NCBI GenBank assembly: GCA_041661625.1
Contig: JBAZUB010000001.1
Location: 523,504 to 587,503 of the forward strand
Source of the DNA: Patescibacteria group bacterium
GTDB taxonomy: Bacteria > Patescibacteriota > Patescibacteriia > JAHIZJ01
DNA length: 64,000 bases
Direction: 5' to 3'
Position numbers and translations under genes: made by a program. Shown piece after piece: positions 10,895 to 19,379 of this stretch (position 1 is its first letter; the number at the start of each line of letters is the position of its first letter). A model generated the notes under the pieces. That model had not been told where the DNA came from. It did not search any database and saw nothing but the letters and a program-made list of their open reading frames with translations.

Positions 10895-10953
10895 CGTAGG
10901 CGAGGATGCCTGCCCGCCGAAGCCCTGGCGTAGGTGGGGCCAACCTCGCCTAA
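10895..10953. repeat. composite REP-like palindrome (CGTAGGCGAGG...CCTCGCCTA)
   Basis: Outer stem taggcgagg/cctcgccta enclosing a GC-rich inner hairpin; same family as 50952. Confidence 0.5.
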
Positions 10954-10974
10954 GTCCAGGGTGTACACCAGCCC

Positions 10975-11003
10975 TTGCCAAAATACCAAATATTAGTTAT
11001 GAT
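10975..11003 (+). promoter_or_regulatory. sigma70-type promoter upstream of rpmF
   Basis: TTGCCA -17 nt- TATGAT. Confidence 0.45.
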
Positions 11004-11017
11004 TCTCTCGAACACAT

Positions 11018-11245
11018 ATGGGATTACCTGGGAAAAAACTACCGAAGTCCGCAAAAGGTCCGAGACTGGCGCGCTTGAAACAAATCGCAGCCAATCTGAC
11101 GTCCTGCCCAAAATGCAAGAAACCGATTCGGCCGCATCAGTCCTGCCGTTTCTGCGGTTATTATAAAGGGCGCGAAGTTGTTGCCGTGAAATTCAAAGCC
11201 GGCAAATCGAAAGCCAAAGCGGAAACAAAGAACGCTAAATCATAA
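11018..11245 (+). CDS. rpmF: 50S ribosomal protein L32
   Basis: CPKC...[12 protein letters not shown] zinc-ribbon; basic, ~75 aa; immediately followed by nusB. Confidence 0.75.
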   Translation: MGLPGKKLPKSAKGPRLARLKQIAANLTSCPKCKKPIRPHQSCRFCGYYKGREVVAVKFKAGKSKAKAETKNAKS

Positions 11246-11258
11246 ACTGTTTCACGGC

Positions 11259-11717
11259 ATGTCGAACCGACACCTTGGTCGAACCATTGCGATGCAGACA
11301 CTGTACGAATGGGACTTCAACGGCCAAAAACAGTCCGATTTAACGCAGGCGGCGCGGTCGAACGTGGAAAAGTTCGCGCCCGGTTTTGATGACAGCGAGT
11401 TTACCGTTCAATTGATCACCGGCATTCAGAAGCACTTAGATGGCATCAACGGCATCATCGTCAAATACGCGCCCGAATGGCCGCTGCCGCAAATCACCGT
11501 GGTAGATCGGAATATACTCCGGATCGGAGTTTTTGAATTACTATACTCGCCCGACATTCCGCCCAAAGTGGCGATCAATGAGGCGATTGAGTTAGCTAAG
11601 ACTTTTGGTGGCGAATCATCGGGCAAGTTCGTTAATGGCGTACTGGGCGCTATCTTCAAGGATCTCGAAGCCAAGAAAATCACCCCCCAAGTTCCAAAAT
11701 CAGCAGTTTCAAGATAG
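11259..11717 (+). CDS. nusB: transcription antitermination factor NusB
   Basis: [13 protein letters not shown]...[13 protein letters not shown]...[10 protein letters not shown] is the NusB fold signature. Confidence 0.85.
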   Translation: MSNRHLGRTIAMQTLYEWDFNGQKQSDLTQAARSNVEKFAPGFDDSEFTVQLITGIQKHLDGINGIIVKYAPEWPLPQITVVDRNILRIGVFELLYSPDIPPKVAINEAIELAKTFGGESSGKFVNGVLGAIFKDLEAKKITPQVPKSAVSR

Positions 11718-11838
11718 TTCCTGAGTTTCTATTGGTTAATTATTATTTGTTACTTATTAATTCTTAAATCCTGGCCGGCGCAGGAAACACGGTATCAAAC
11801 TTGATACCAGGTTCCCTACTCTGGTCCGCGGAGGACAC

Positions 11839-12534
11839 ATGAAAGATCTTGCCCGACTCGAAGAACGTTTAGGCGTCAAGTTTAAGAATCAGGATTTACT
11901 CACTCAGAGCCTGGTGCATCGTTCCTATCTCAATGAACATCCGGAATTCCGGCTCGGTCACAATGAGCGCTTGGAATTTTTAGGTGACGCAGTGCTCGAA
12001 TTGGCTGTAACGCGCTATCTTTATGAGCAGTACCCGGCCCAAACCGAGGGCGAACTGACCAATTGGCGCGCCAGCTTGGTGAATAGCGATAAACTAGCCG
12101 AGTGCGCCGAAGAGCTGAATATCAACGATTTTCTTTATTTAAGCCGAGGCGAATCAAAAGACTCACAATCCAAGGCGCGCCGCTACATTCTCGCCAATGC
12201 CTACGAAGCTATCATTGGCGCGATCTATCTGGATCAGGGCTTTGAGGGCGCCGAAAGTTTCTTGCATCGCGAGCTGCTGCCCAAGCTGGCCAACATCCTG
12301 GCCAATCAACTTTACTTGGATCCGAAAAGCCGGTTTCAGGAACGCAGCCAGGAAGTGGTTGGCGTCACGCCCCGTTACCAGGTAATTGCCGAGTCGGGCC
12401 CTGATCATGACAAGAGATTCGAAGTGGGGGTTTTCCTCAATGATGAGCGGGTCGCTACTGGCATTGGCGCTTCGAAGCAGGAAGCCGAAGAAGCAGCCGC
12501 CCGCAAAGGCCTCGAAGTAAAAAGCTGGCTGTAA
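11839..12534 (+). CDS. rnc: ribonuclease III
   Basis: ERLEFLGDAVLELAVTRYLY catalytic signature plus C-terminal dsRBD; a 120-nt hairpin-rich leader upstream is a possible autoregulatory site. Confidence 0.9.
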   Translation: MKDLARLEERLGVKFKNQDLLTQSLVHRSYLNEHPEFRLGHNERLEFLGDAVLELAVTRYLYEQYPAQTEGELTNWRASLVNSDKLAECAEELNINDFLYLSRGESKDSQSKARRYILANAYEAIIGAIYLDQGFEGAESFLHRELLPKLANILANQLYLDPKSRFQERSQEVVGVTPRYQVIAESGPDHDKRFEVGVFLNDERVATGIGASKQEAEEAAARKGLEVKSWL

Positions 12535-12594
12535 TCTTTTCCTCCGGAGAATTACCTTAATTTTACCTTTTAAATTTTGAATTATTAATTTTTC

Positions 12595-13089
12595 TTGACT
12601 ATGAGCGCGCTTGATCTCGTTCTCATTACCATGACTACTTTCCTGATGATTGTCGGCTTTTTAGGTACTCTTGTGCCAACGCTGCCGGGATTGCCGTTGC
12701 TCTGGGGCGTGGTCATGATTTATGGCATCACTACTAAGTTTGAAGAAATCGATAAGAATTTTATGATTCTGACGACGTTGCTGGTGGGATTGATTATTCT
12801 GCTTGATTTGATTGCCAGCCTACGTGGCACTCAAAAAATTAAGGCGAGCTTTTGGGGTGCGGCTGGAGCGATAATCGGCGGTGTGGTTGGGGCCAGTTTT
12901 CATTCATTAGCCACGCTGGTTATTATGCCGATTGTCGGCGCCGTCATCGCCGAACTGCTAACCGGCCGTGACGCGATTTATAAAGTCGAAACGCAGAACT
13001 ATCATTTTATCGGCTTTGTCGGGGGTACAATAGTAAGAGTAGCCGTAGGCGTGACCTTGATTGCCATGTTTCTGTCGAAGGTGCTGTAG
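12595..13089 (+). CDS. DUF456-like integral membrane protein
   Basis: Four TM segments; the N-terminal LPGLPLLWG motif is typical of the DUF456 family. Confidence 0.5.
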   Translation: MTMSALDLVLITMTTFLMIVGFLGTLVPTLPGLPLLWGVVMIYGITTKFEEIDKNFMILTTLLVGLIILLDLIASLRGTQKIKASFWGAAGAIIGGVVGASFHSLATLVIMPIVGAVIAELLTGRDAIYKVETQNYHFIGFVGGTIVRVAVGVTLIAMFLSKVL

Positions 13090-13255
13090 GTCTTTTATCA
13101 CGATTCGAGTCTGACCTATTGACAAAATGACAAAAATTTGGTAGCGTTGGGTTAGACATCAAGCGATGAGGCAATAACCGTTTCCATAATAAGCGCACCT
13201 TCCAAGTAGGTCAGTGTGATACGTTCGTTGCCAACCTAGAGAAAGGGGCGAATCC

Positions 13256-13849
13256 ATGAACAATAGAGCGTTGGTAATTCTAGCGGTACTGTTCAGCCAG
13301 TTCTGGGCGTTCAACCCGGCAATGTCAGCTGACACCGAGTCGTCGGCATCAGCCGATACCGATAAATGCTTCGTCAAGCCATCCGACATTGACAAGGCCT
13401 GCATCACCAGAGGTTGGTGTATCCAGGCGGAAAACTTCGCCTTTCGGATTCTCCCGAAGGAGGACATGTCGGTCCAGTTTCTTCAATATCTGCAAACAAC
13501 ACCGGGCAGCCCGAATTTGGAGTTTGTTATCAAGCAGGTGATGGAAAACCCGAATACGCGAACGTTCTCATGTTCAATCCGGCCGTTACCCGCGGTTCAC
13601 GCCATTAACTTCAAATGGAACATCGGGTTAGTTCTCAAATCCGGTGATCGAGTGTGGGCGACAAGCTGGATATACCTGACTAACGGAATCTTTTCCGCCC
13701 ACGAGCCATTCGGGTTACAGTTTGTTCCCGGTGTACAAGGCATGAGTGACTCCGGCTGCTCGTTTGAATTATTTTGCGTTTTTCCCAACCAGACTGAATC
13801 TGGGAAAGAATGGCGCAACGGCCAAGTTTCCGGCCTCGTCATCGAGTGA
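13256..13849 (+). CDS. secreted hypothetical protein (signal peptide, 8 Cys)
   Basis: N-terminal signal LVILAVLFSQFWAFNPAMSA; no homology recognised. Confidence 0.5.
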   Translation: MNNRALVILAVLFSQFWAFNPAMSADTESSASADTDKCFVKPSDIDKACITRGWCIQAENFAFRILPKEDMSVQFLQYLQTTPGSPNLEFVIKQVMENPNTRTFSCSIRPLPAVHAINFKWNIGLVLKSGDRVWATSWIYLTNGIFSAHEPFGLQFVPGVQGMSDSGCSFELFCVFPNQTESGKEWRNGQVSGLVIE

Positions 13850-13947
13850 CATGGGCCAAGAGTGTCCGTGGCATAAACGCAGCGAAGGTAACCTTAGTTG
13901 CCACGGAGGAATGGCGGCCATTGGGATAGCCGCCAAAGGAGGTTCTC

Positions 13948-14241
13948 ATGAGACGGCTTCTGGTTCCCCTGTTCGCGCTGGTTCTGTTGGTCACGCCCAT
14001 GGTCATACCGACCGTCCAGGTCACGACCGATCAGAACAACGCGACGATCATGACCGCCGGCAACGTCAACACGGCGACGGCACCGACGGACATCGGGACA
14101 ACGATCCATCTGGCGAACATCGAGATCACATTCGCACAGGGTGGAAACGCGCAAGCCTGGAACTTGATCTACGAGCTCTGCAGGGCCGGGGTGCCTGGCA
14201 TGTGCGAGCTCTACCAGGACGGTCAGGGTATCCTCTGGTAG
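13948..14241 (+). CDS. small secreted hypothetical protein
   Basis: Perfect SD aaggagg 5 nt upstream of the start; signal peptide LLVPLFALVLLVTPMVIPTVQV. GC-rich region. Confidence 0.5.
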   Translation: MRRLLVPLFALVLLVTPMVIPTVQVTTDQNNATIMTAGNVNTATAPTDIGTTIHLANIEITFAQGGNAQAWNLIYELCRAGVPGMCELYQDGQGILW

Positions 14242-14774
14242 ATCGACGGTTCCGGGGTTCCTGATCTGGTACTCGGGCATCGTATTTCAATCGCAAGGGC
14301 GGATGAAGCACGATGCTCTTTTTTTATTATTATATCGCTTTAGCCTGACTGCTTATTTTACAAAAGTTGGCCCGCTCTTGACATTGTATACAGGTAGTAC
14401 TAAGGTGGAATCAAATTGAATATGTGAGGCGATGAGCTATTGTCTGAATCTGGTCGCTTTCCCTATATAATTGCTAGTCTAAAGGCTTTTATGGAGGGGC
14501 GGACAATAGGGAGCTAGTAGCGAAACCGACACGATTCCACTCGATCATCAGCCTCAATTCGTTGAGGTTTTTGTGTAATATTAGGCATTTTCTCAAGCAT
14601 CCTAGTCTTATCCGAATACAAACCTCGGGTGAGACGGGGTGCTGGAGGGAAACCCGACAGCACCTTGACAACCTGTTTGACAAACATCCAAGTGATAGTA
14701 AAGTTCTGCACAACTGCCGATGGGAATACATCTCAGCGGCCATCCGGTCCGTCCTGATCGAAGGAGGTCTTGTC

Positions 14775-15476
14775 ATGCGACTCATCGGAACACTCATCAT
14801 CCTCACCGTGCTCATCACGAGCGTGGCGGGGGCACAGACGGAGCAGGTCTGGATCAAGGGGAACCCTATTCCCCCAGACACTACTGCTGCGACGCCCTAT
14901 ACGTGGGCCATCGTCGGTGATACCCTGTCGGTGAACGGCTACGTGGCGGCTATCGCACCACCGACGCCGCCGACTCGACGGCCCGACACACCGACTGGCA
15001 ATCTGAGCCAGGAGGCATACGATGCCATGTTCGTAGCCAAGGCTACGGACAAAACCAACTACGCCATCGCGCGAGCCGGGTGTGAAGTGTTTGGAGCGAG
15101 TGATCTAGTGGCCAAGGCCGAGATCATCGACGAAATCACGATCCTGGTAACTTGGGCTGACCAGCCCGACCGCCCGGAGTACGTTCGCATACCGACCCAG
15201 GAAAAAGCCGGCAAGCGTTCCGGGCCAGCACGGCTTCAAGACATCAAGACCGCCTACGAATACGACCTAGCACGCGGTAAGTACCTGCTCATCTACTCGT
15301 CTTCCAGTTTTGCTTCCGTCGGATCAGCCGACTGGCCAGCCTGGAAGGCGGAGATTGAGCGGGCGCGCGCCGGATTCGACAAGCGCACCTGGAATGGCCA
15401 CCTGATCGATCCGATGTCGGCGATGCTCTTCCGAAACCCGGCGACCCTGTCCAAGGTTCGCCGCGTGGCGGGCTGA
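14775..15476 (+). CDS. secreted hypothetical protein
   Basis: SD aaggagg 7 nt upstream of ATG 14775; signal peptide MRLIGTLIILTVLITSVAGAQ; ~62% GC. Confidence 0.5.
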   Translation: MRLIGTLIILTVLITSVAGAQTEQVWIKGNPIPPDTTAATPYTWAIVGDTLSVNGYVAAIAPPTPPTRRPDTPTGNLSQEAYDAMFVAKATDKTNYAIARAGCEVFGASDLVAKAEIIDEITILVTWADQPDRPEYVRIPTQEKAGKRSGPARLQDIKTAYEYDLARGKYLLIYSSSSFASVGSADWPAWKAEIERARAGFDKRTWNGHLIDPMSAMLFRNPATLSKVRRVAG

Positions 15477-15481
15477 CCGCT

Positions 15482-18328
15482 ATGCGCCGCCCAGCAATCA
15501 TCACCGTGGTCTTGCTGGCAATGCTGGCGGGACCGGTACTGGGGGCTAACCAGTCCCCGAAATACCACCAAGGACTGCTGTTCGCGCCCTACAACTGGGC
15601 GCTACAGAACTACAGCAACTTCTGCTTGAAGCTCACCGACCAGGGTAAGACCTACGTGGTCTGGGCCAACGACGAAGGGGACAACGCACCCGACGACGCC
15701 ACCGTGGATCGGTGGCGCTGGTACTGCAAGGAAGGTAGTATCGCCATGTACTTCGTGGATACCCATTCATGGAGTACGGCGGCTGCCTTCGAAGCATACA
15801 GTCTTACGGGGCAGACAGAGCGCAACAATGCGATCACCGCCTATGAGGCGACCGACGACTGGGCACCGGGTGATCTTTGGCCTGGACAGACATCGGATGG
15901 ATATGACATCTGTATCAATCCCACCAAGATATCCTGGCTGCTCCAGTCGGGGCTGAACACAATCGCCATCGTGGACGGTTGCTTCAGTGCTGGATGGATC
16001 GGCACTGGGTTCGCCAACGCCCGGGTTGCCGTCGGTTTCAGTGGCTCAACGGCTGGCAACATATACACCAACACCATGCTCAGCCGTATGAACGGGGAGG
16101 GCGGCGCCAACCTTAGAAGCGCCAGCTCGGCCATCGCTGGAATCGGCAGTGGGCTTACTTACACCGGTAGCGGGGAAACCGTATTCTCCCCGGTGGTTAC
16201 GGATGTCAACCCTGACCCCGGAACACTACTCAATGACGAAAAGACCGACGGTTGGATCGAGTTCGATTCAGCTATGGACACCAATCAAGACGTCGCCACT
16301 CGTGTCCAAGCCAGCGGTTGGGCCTATCTAACCGACTTCTGGTGGTCGGGCGACCACCGGCTGAACTACAAGATCAACCTGCTGCTTCCGGGTGATTTCA
16401 CCATCACTTGCGCAGACTTGACGGATGGCAGTAATGCCATCCTGGACGGCAACCAGAACCCCTATGACACAAACGGACAAGGTCCCAATGGGGACGACTA
16501 CGTCTACAGCCTGGCCAGCGGCTACACTAGCCCGAACACCGCCGCTACCTTCACCGGTGTGTGGGCGTTCCGGGACATAGACGGAATCCACGTTCTTTGG
16601 CTGACGGATCCGGAACTGGGATCGATCAACTTTCAGGTCTGGGGCGGTGAACACCGAGAACAGCTCCTGACAACCGTGCCAGCCGAGGGCGGCGTTCTGC
16701 CGCACTTCTATGAGGTGGTCGTCCAGAGTACGGCCGACTTCCTAGAAGTCGCGGAAAAAGCCAAGGATCCCACGACTGAAACCAGTTCGCGGCCATTTCC
16801 GGTTTCACCGGTACCACCACCGGAGCTGGCCAGCCTTCGCAAGCTGAACCAAACGGTGTCGACCTGGCAACCAACCCCATACACGCCGGAGCTACCACAA
16901 GACCGCTCCACGACAACTGTCCTTCCGGCGTCACACTTCACCTACTACACGTCCCAAGCTAGCTGGGTGACCATCATCCAACCCATCATCAACTACTGGG
17001 CTCAGTGGGGCTGGAACTCGCAGGTGATCGTGGGGTCGAACGACCCTAACGCGGCCAAATCAACATTCCGGGCCGCTTACGACGCGAACGTTGCCGCCGG
17101 GTGTTCCTATCCCCCATTCTGCACGATCGTCGGGGAAGCTAACCAGGGCGACCGACCCGCGGCTAACATCGTTGGGACATTCTACATTCCCGACGAGAAT
17201 CAACAGTGCTACTGGAATAGCTGCGGTTCAGACCTGCAGATGGTCAACTTCTTCGATGAAGGACCCGAGTGTTACTACTCCCGGGTCTACGCTACTACAA
17301 CGCAGGAGCTCAACAACTGCGTCACATCCACACTGCAGTACTACAATGGGCAGTACGTGTCCAGCCCCAGAGCCCTGGCCATCGTTGGCGACCTATCCAG
17401 CATGTGCCACGACGTGCCGGCCCCACGCCTCCTCTTCCAGGAGATCGGCGGGTGGTACACGGGTGCCGGGGTACCTTTCACCCAACTCAACGAAACAAGT
17501 ACGGGCTGCTATGACTACCTTGCTAAGCGCAATATGTTCGTGGCAGCTGTCCAGAGTGGGGTGACCGAGATCATCGGAACCGGCTCGCTGACAACGCGTG
17601 AAATCTGGCCCGGCTTCTTCGCTCAACTATCCATGGGCTCTCCGTTATCGATGTCACTGCTTCCCACGAAGCAGCGGATCGTGCTGGAGTTCCCGGGATG
17701 CGACATGGCCGACGGGGACCGCAACAATCCCACCTACTACCCGCCGCTCACCAAACGGTGGATGGTGAACGATCCCGCGGCCGGCGCATCAGCCGTGCTC
17801 GAGCTGTCTCATTCCCGCGGCGGATCCCAAGCCTTCCACCACCGACTAGCCCGGGAGTACTTCAGCGAAAGGATTTCTCCCGGACATTGGTGTGCACAGG
17901 AGGTCTACCAGACCGCAATCAAACGACTCTGGAAGACCGAGTCCATGCGCACCTATCTGAAGCTGGCTATGGCCTATGGTTTTCCCATTCCACTGCACGA
18001 CTTCCTTAGCCCGGCCGGCATGCCCGACTTCCAACCCCTGCCGGACAAAGCCGACCTGCAGCTGACCAACGCTCCAAATCCTGGCCGGACCACGGAGCTG
18101 CGCTACGACCTACCGGGTATGGCGCGTGTATCCTTGACCATCTACGGCGTCTCCGGCCAGCGCGTCCGAACTCTGGTGACACCGAACGTCATCCAGAGCC
18201 CCGGATCATACAGCTTGACCTGGGACGGCCAGAATGACAACGGCGCCCGCGCTCAGGCCGGTGTCTACTTCGTTCGATTGGAATTGGATGGGCGGATCGT
18301 AACATCGCACAAGGTTACGCTCCTCTAG
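15482..18328 (+). CDS. large secreted protein with C-terminal T9SS-type (Por/FlgD-Ig-like) sorting domain
   Basis: Signal peptide. The last ~85 aa (LQLTNAPNPGRTTELRYDLPGMARVSLTIYGVSGQRVRTLV...SLTWDGQNDNGARAQAGVYFVRLELDGRIVTSHKVTLL) match the TIGR04183-type C-terminal sorting domain consensus. ~60% GC. Confidence 0.65.
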   Translation: MRRPAIITVVLLAMLAGPVLGANQSPKYHQGLLFAPYNWALQNYSNFCLKLTDQGKTYVVWANDEGDNAPDDATVDRWRWYCKEGSIAMYFVDTHSWSTAAAFEAYSLTGQTERNNAITAYEATDDWAPGDLWPGQTSDGYDICINPTKISWLLQSGLNTIAIVDGCFSAGWIGTGFANARVAVGFSGSTAGNIYTNTMLSRMNGEGGANLRSASSAIAGIGSGLTYTGSGETVFSPVVTDVNPDPGTLLNDEKTDGWIEFDSAMDTNQDVATRVQASGWAYLTDFWWSGDHRLNYKINLLLPGDFTITCADLTDGSNAILDGNQNPYDTNGQGPNGDDYVYSLASGYTSPNTAATFTGVWAFRDIDGIHVLWLTDPELGSINFQVWGGEHREQLLTTVPAEGGVLPHFYEVVVQSTADFLEVAEKAKDPTTETSSRPFPVSPVPPPELASLRKLNQTVSTWQPTPYTPELPQDRSTTTVLPASHFTYYTSQASWVTIIQPIINYWAQWGWNSQVIVGSNDPNAAKSTFRAAYDANVAAGCSYPPFCTIVGEANQGDRPAANIVGTFYIPDENQQCYWNSCGSDLQMVNFFDEGPECYYSRVYATTTQELNNCVTSTLQYYNGQYVSSPRALAIVGDLSSMCHDVPAPRLLFQEIGGWYTGAGVPFTQLNETSTGCYDYLAKRNMFVAAVQSGVTEIIGTGSLTTREIWPGFFAQLSMGSPLSMSLLPTKQRIVLEFPGCDMADGDRNNPTYYPPLTKRWMVNDPAAGASAVLELSHSRGGSQAFHHRLAREYFSERISPGHWCAQEVYQTAIKRLWKTESMRTYLKLAMAYGFPIPLHDFLSPAGMPDFQPLPDKADLQLTNAPNPGRTTELRYDLPGMARVSLTIYGVSGQRVRTLVTPNVIQSPGSYSLTWDGQNDNGARAQAGVYFVRLELDGRIVTSHKVTLL

Positions 18329-18339
18329 CCCTCCACCAG

Positions 18340-18395
18340 ATCGAACCCTCAGCCAGTGCCTGTGCTTAGTCTGCCCTCGAGACTAACGCACAGGC
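18340..18395 (+). terminator. long hairpin terminator
   Basis: cagtgcctgtgcttagtct...agactaacgcacaggcac, a ~17-bp stem. Confidence 0.4.
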
Positions 18396-18449
18396 ACCAC
18401 ATCTGAGTGTTTGATTATTAACCCCACTAAATGGGGAGAGGAAACGACT

Positions 18450-18644
18450 ATGCAAAAACTGCAAATCATTGGCCTAGGAAGTGGCCTGCTATTGGCGACG
18501 TTATTTGTGGTAGTAGCTGGTTGGCTGACACAGCCCAAACCGGCTGAAGCCAGAACTGAAATTACGTACGGACAACTGAAATTGTGTTACCACGATTGTG
18601 GCAATGATCACGACTGCTTAGCTCGCTGCTTAGCGAAGAACTAG
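18450..18644 (+). CDS. Cys-rich secreted peptide paralog 1 (signal peptide + C-x3-C-x6-C-x3-C core)
   Basis: SD ggagaggaa; signal with AEA cleavage motif; core LKLCYHDCGNDHDCLARCLAKN. Confidence 0.55.
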   Translation: MQKLQIIGLGSGLLLATLFVVVAGWLTQPKPAEARTEITYGQLKLCYHDCGNDHDCLARCLAKN

Positions 18645-18706
18645 CATTAATAGTTATTGAACTATTTACACGTAATCACCCTTAGGGGGGGTCGAGGAAA
18701 TAACTT

Positions 18707-18904
18707 ATGACAAGAAAGCGTCTTATCAGCCTAGGGTTTGGCTTGCTGGTTTCGGCCATATTTGTGGTCGCAGCGGGTGTATTTTTCCAGCCCAAACTGG
18801 CGGAAGCATCAAATAGAATGACTATAGGTCGGATTAAGTATTGTTACCACGAATGCGGCAACGATCAAGCCTGCCTGGATCGATGTCTAGCTAAGGATCA
18901 GTAA
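18707..18904 (+). CDS. Cys-rich secreted peptide paralog 2
   Basis: SD gaggaaa; signal ...KLAEA; core IKYCYHECGNDQACLDRCLAKDQ. Confidence 0.55.
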   Translation: MTRKRLISLGFGLLVSAIFVVAAGVFFQPKLAEASNRMTIGRIKYCYHECGNDQACLDRCLAKDQ

Positions 18905-18980
18905 ATATATTATCGGTACAGTACCGGTTTAAATATATCAGTGCTAATTATTTATCTCATATAGAGAAAAGGAATGGTGT

Positions 18981-19199
18981 ATGTCAAAGATACGTTTGCT
19001 CGGCATGGCCATTGGCCTGCTCGTCGTATCCCTCTTCGTCGCCGGTATTGGCGTGATGGCCAAACCTAAACCGGCTGAAGCGACCTGGGGTAGGCTAAAG
19101 TATTGTTACGAACAGTGCGGCAATAATTCTGACTGCATTGCACGGTGTATGGGCAAAACTCAAAATGCCAGCCAAGAGGGCGGCGGCTCAGACTGGTAG
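18981..19199 (+). CDS. Cys-rich secreted peptide paralog 3
   Basis: SD aaaggaatgg; signal ...KPAEA; core LKYCYEQCGNNSDCIARCMGK plus tail. Confidence 0.55.
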   Translation: MSKIRLLGMAIGLLVVSLFVAGIGVMAKPKPAEATWGRLKYCYEQCGNNSDCIARCMGKTQNASQEGGGSDW

Positions 19200-19212
19200 G
19201 GTGAATTAACCG

Positions 19213-19262
19213 AAAATAAACCGTCCAACTCCCGGTCGGGTGCCGGGTAAGGGCGGTTTTTT
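19213..19262 (+). terminator. rho-independent terminator
   Basis: cccggtcgggtgccggg and an outer stem, followed by ggcggtttttt. Confidence 0.5.
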
Positions 19263-19379
19263 AGTTTACAATAATAATTTTCTTGCCGGATTGATAATAA
19301 TCTTGTACAATATGTGGGTAATTATCGTTAGTTTCTGAAAATTTTCTTATTTTCAAAGTCTGTCTGTAAACCACCAGTT

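Noticed and set aside
13746-14264. 172-aa ORF (His/Asp/Arg-rich) overlapping the small secreted protein gene
   Set aside because: Low-complexity composition is typical of an off-frame read of GC-rich DNA. The alternative 97-aa ORF in another frame has a perfect SD and a signal peptide, so that one was called instead.
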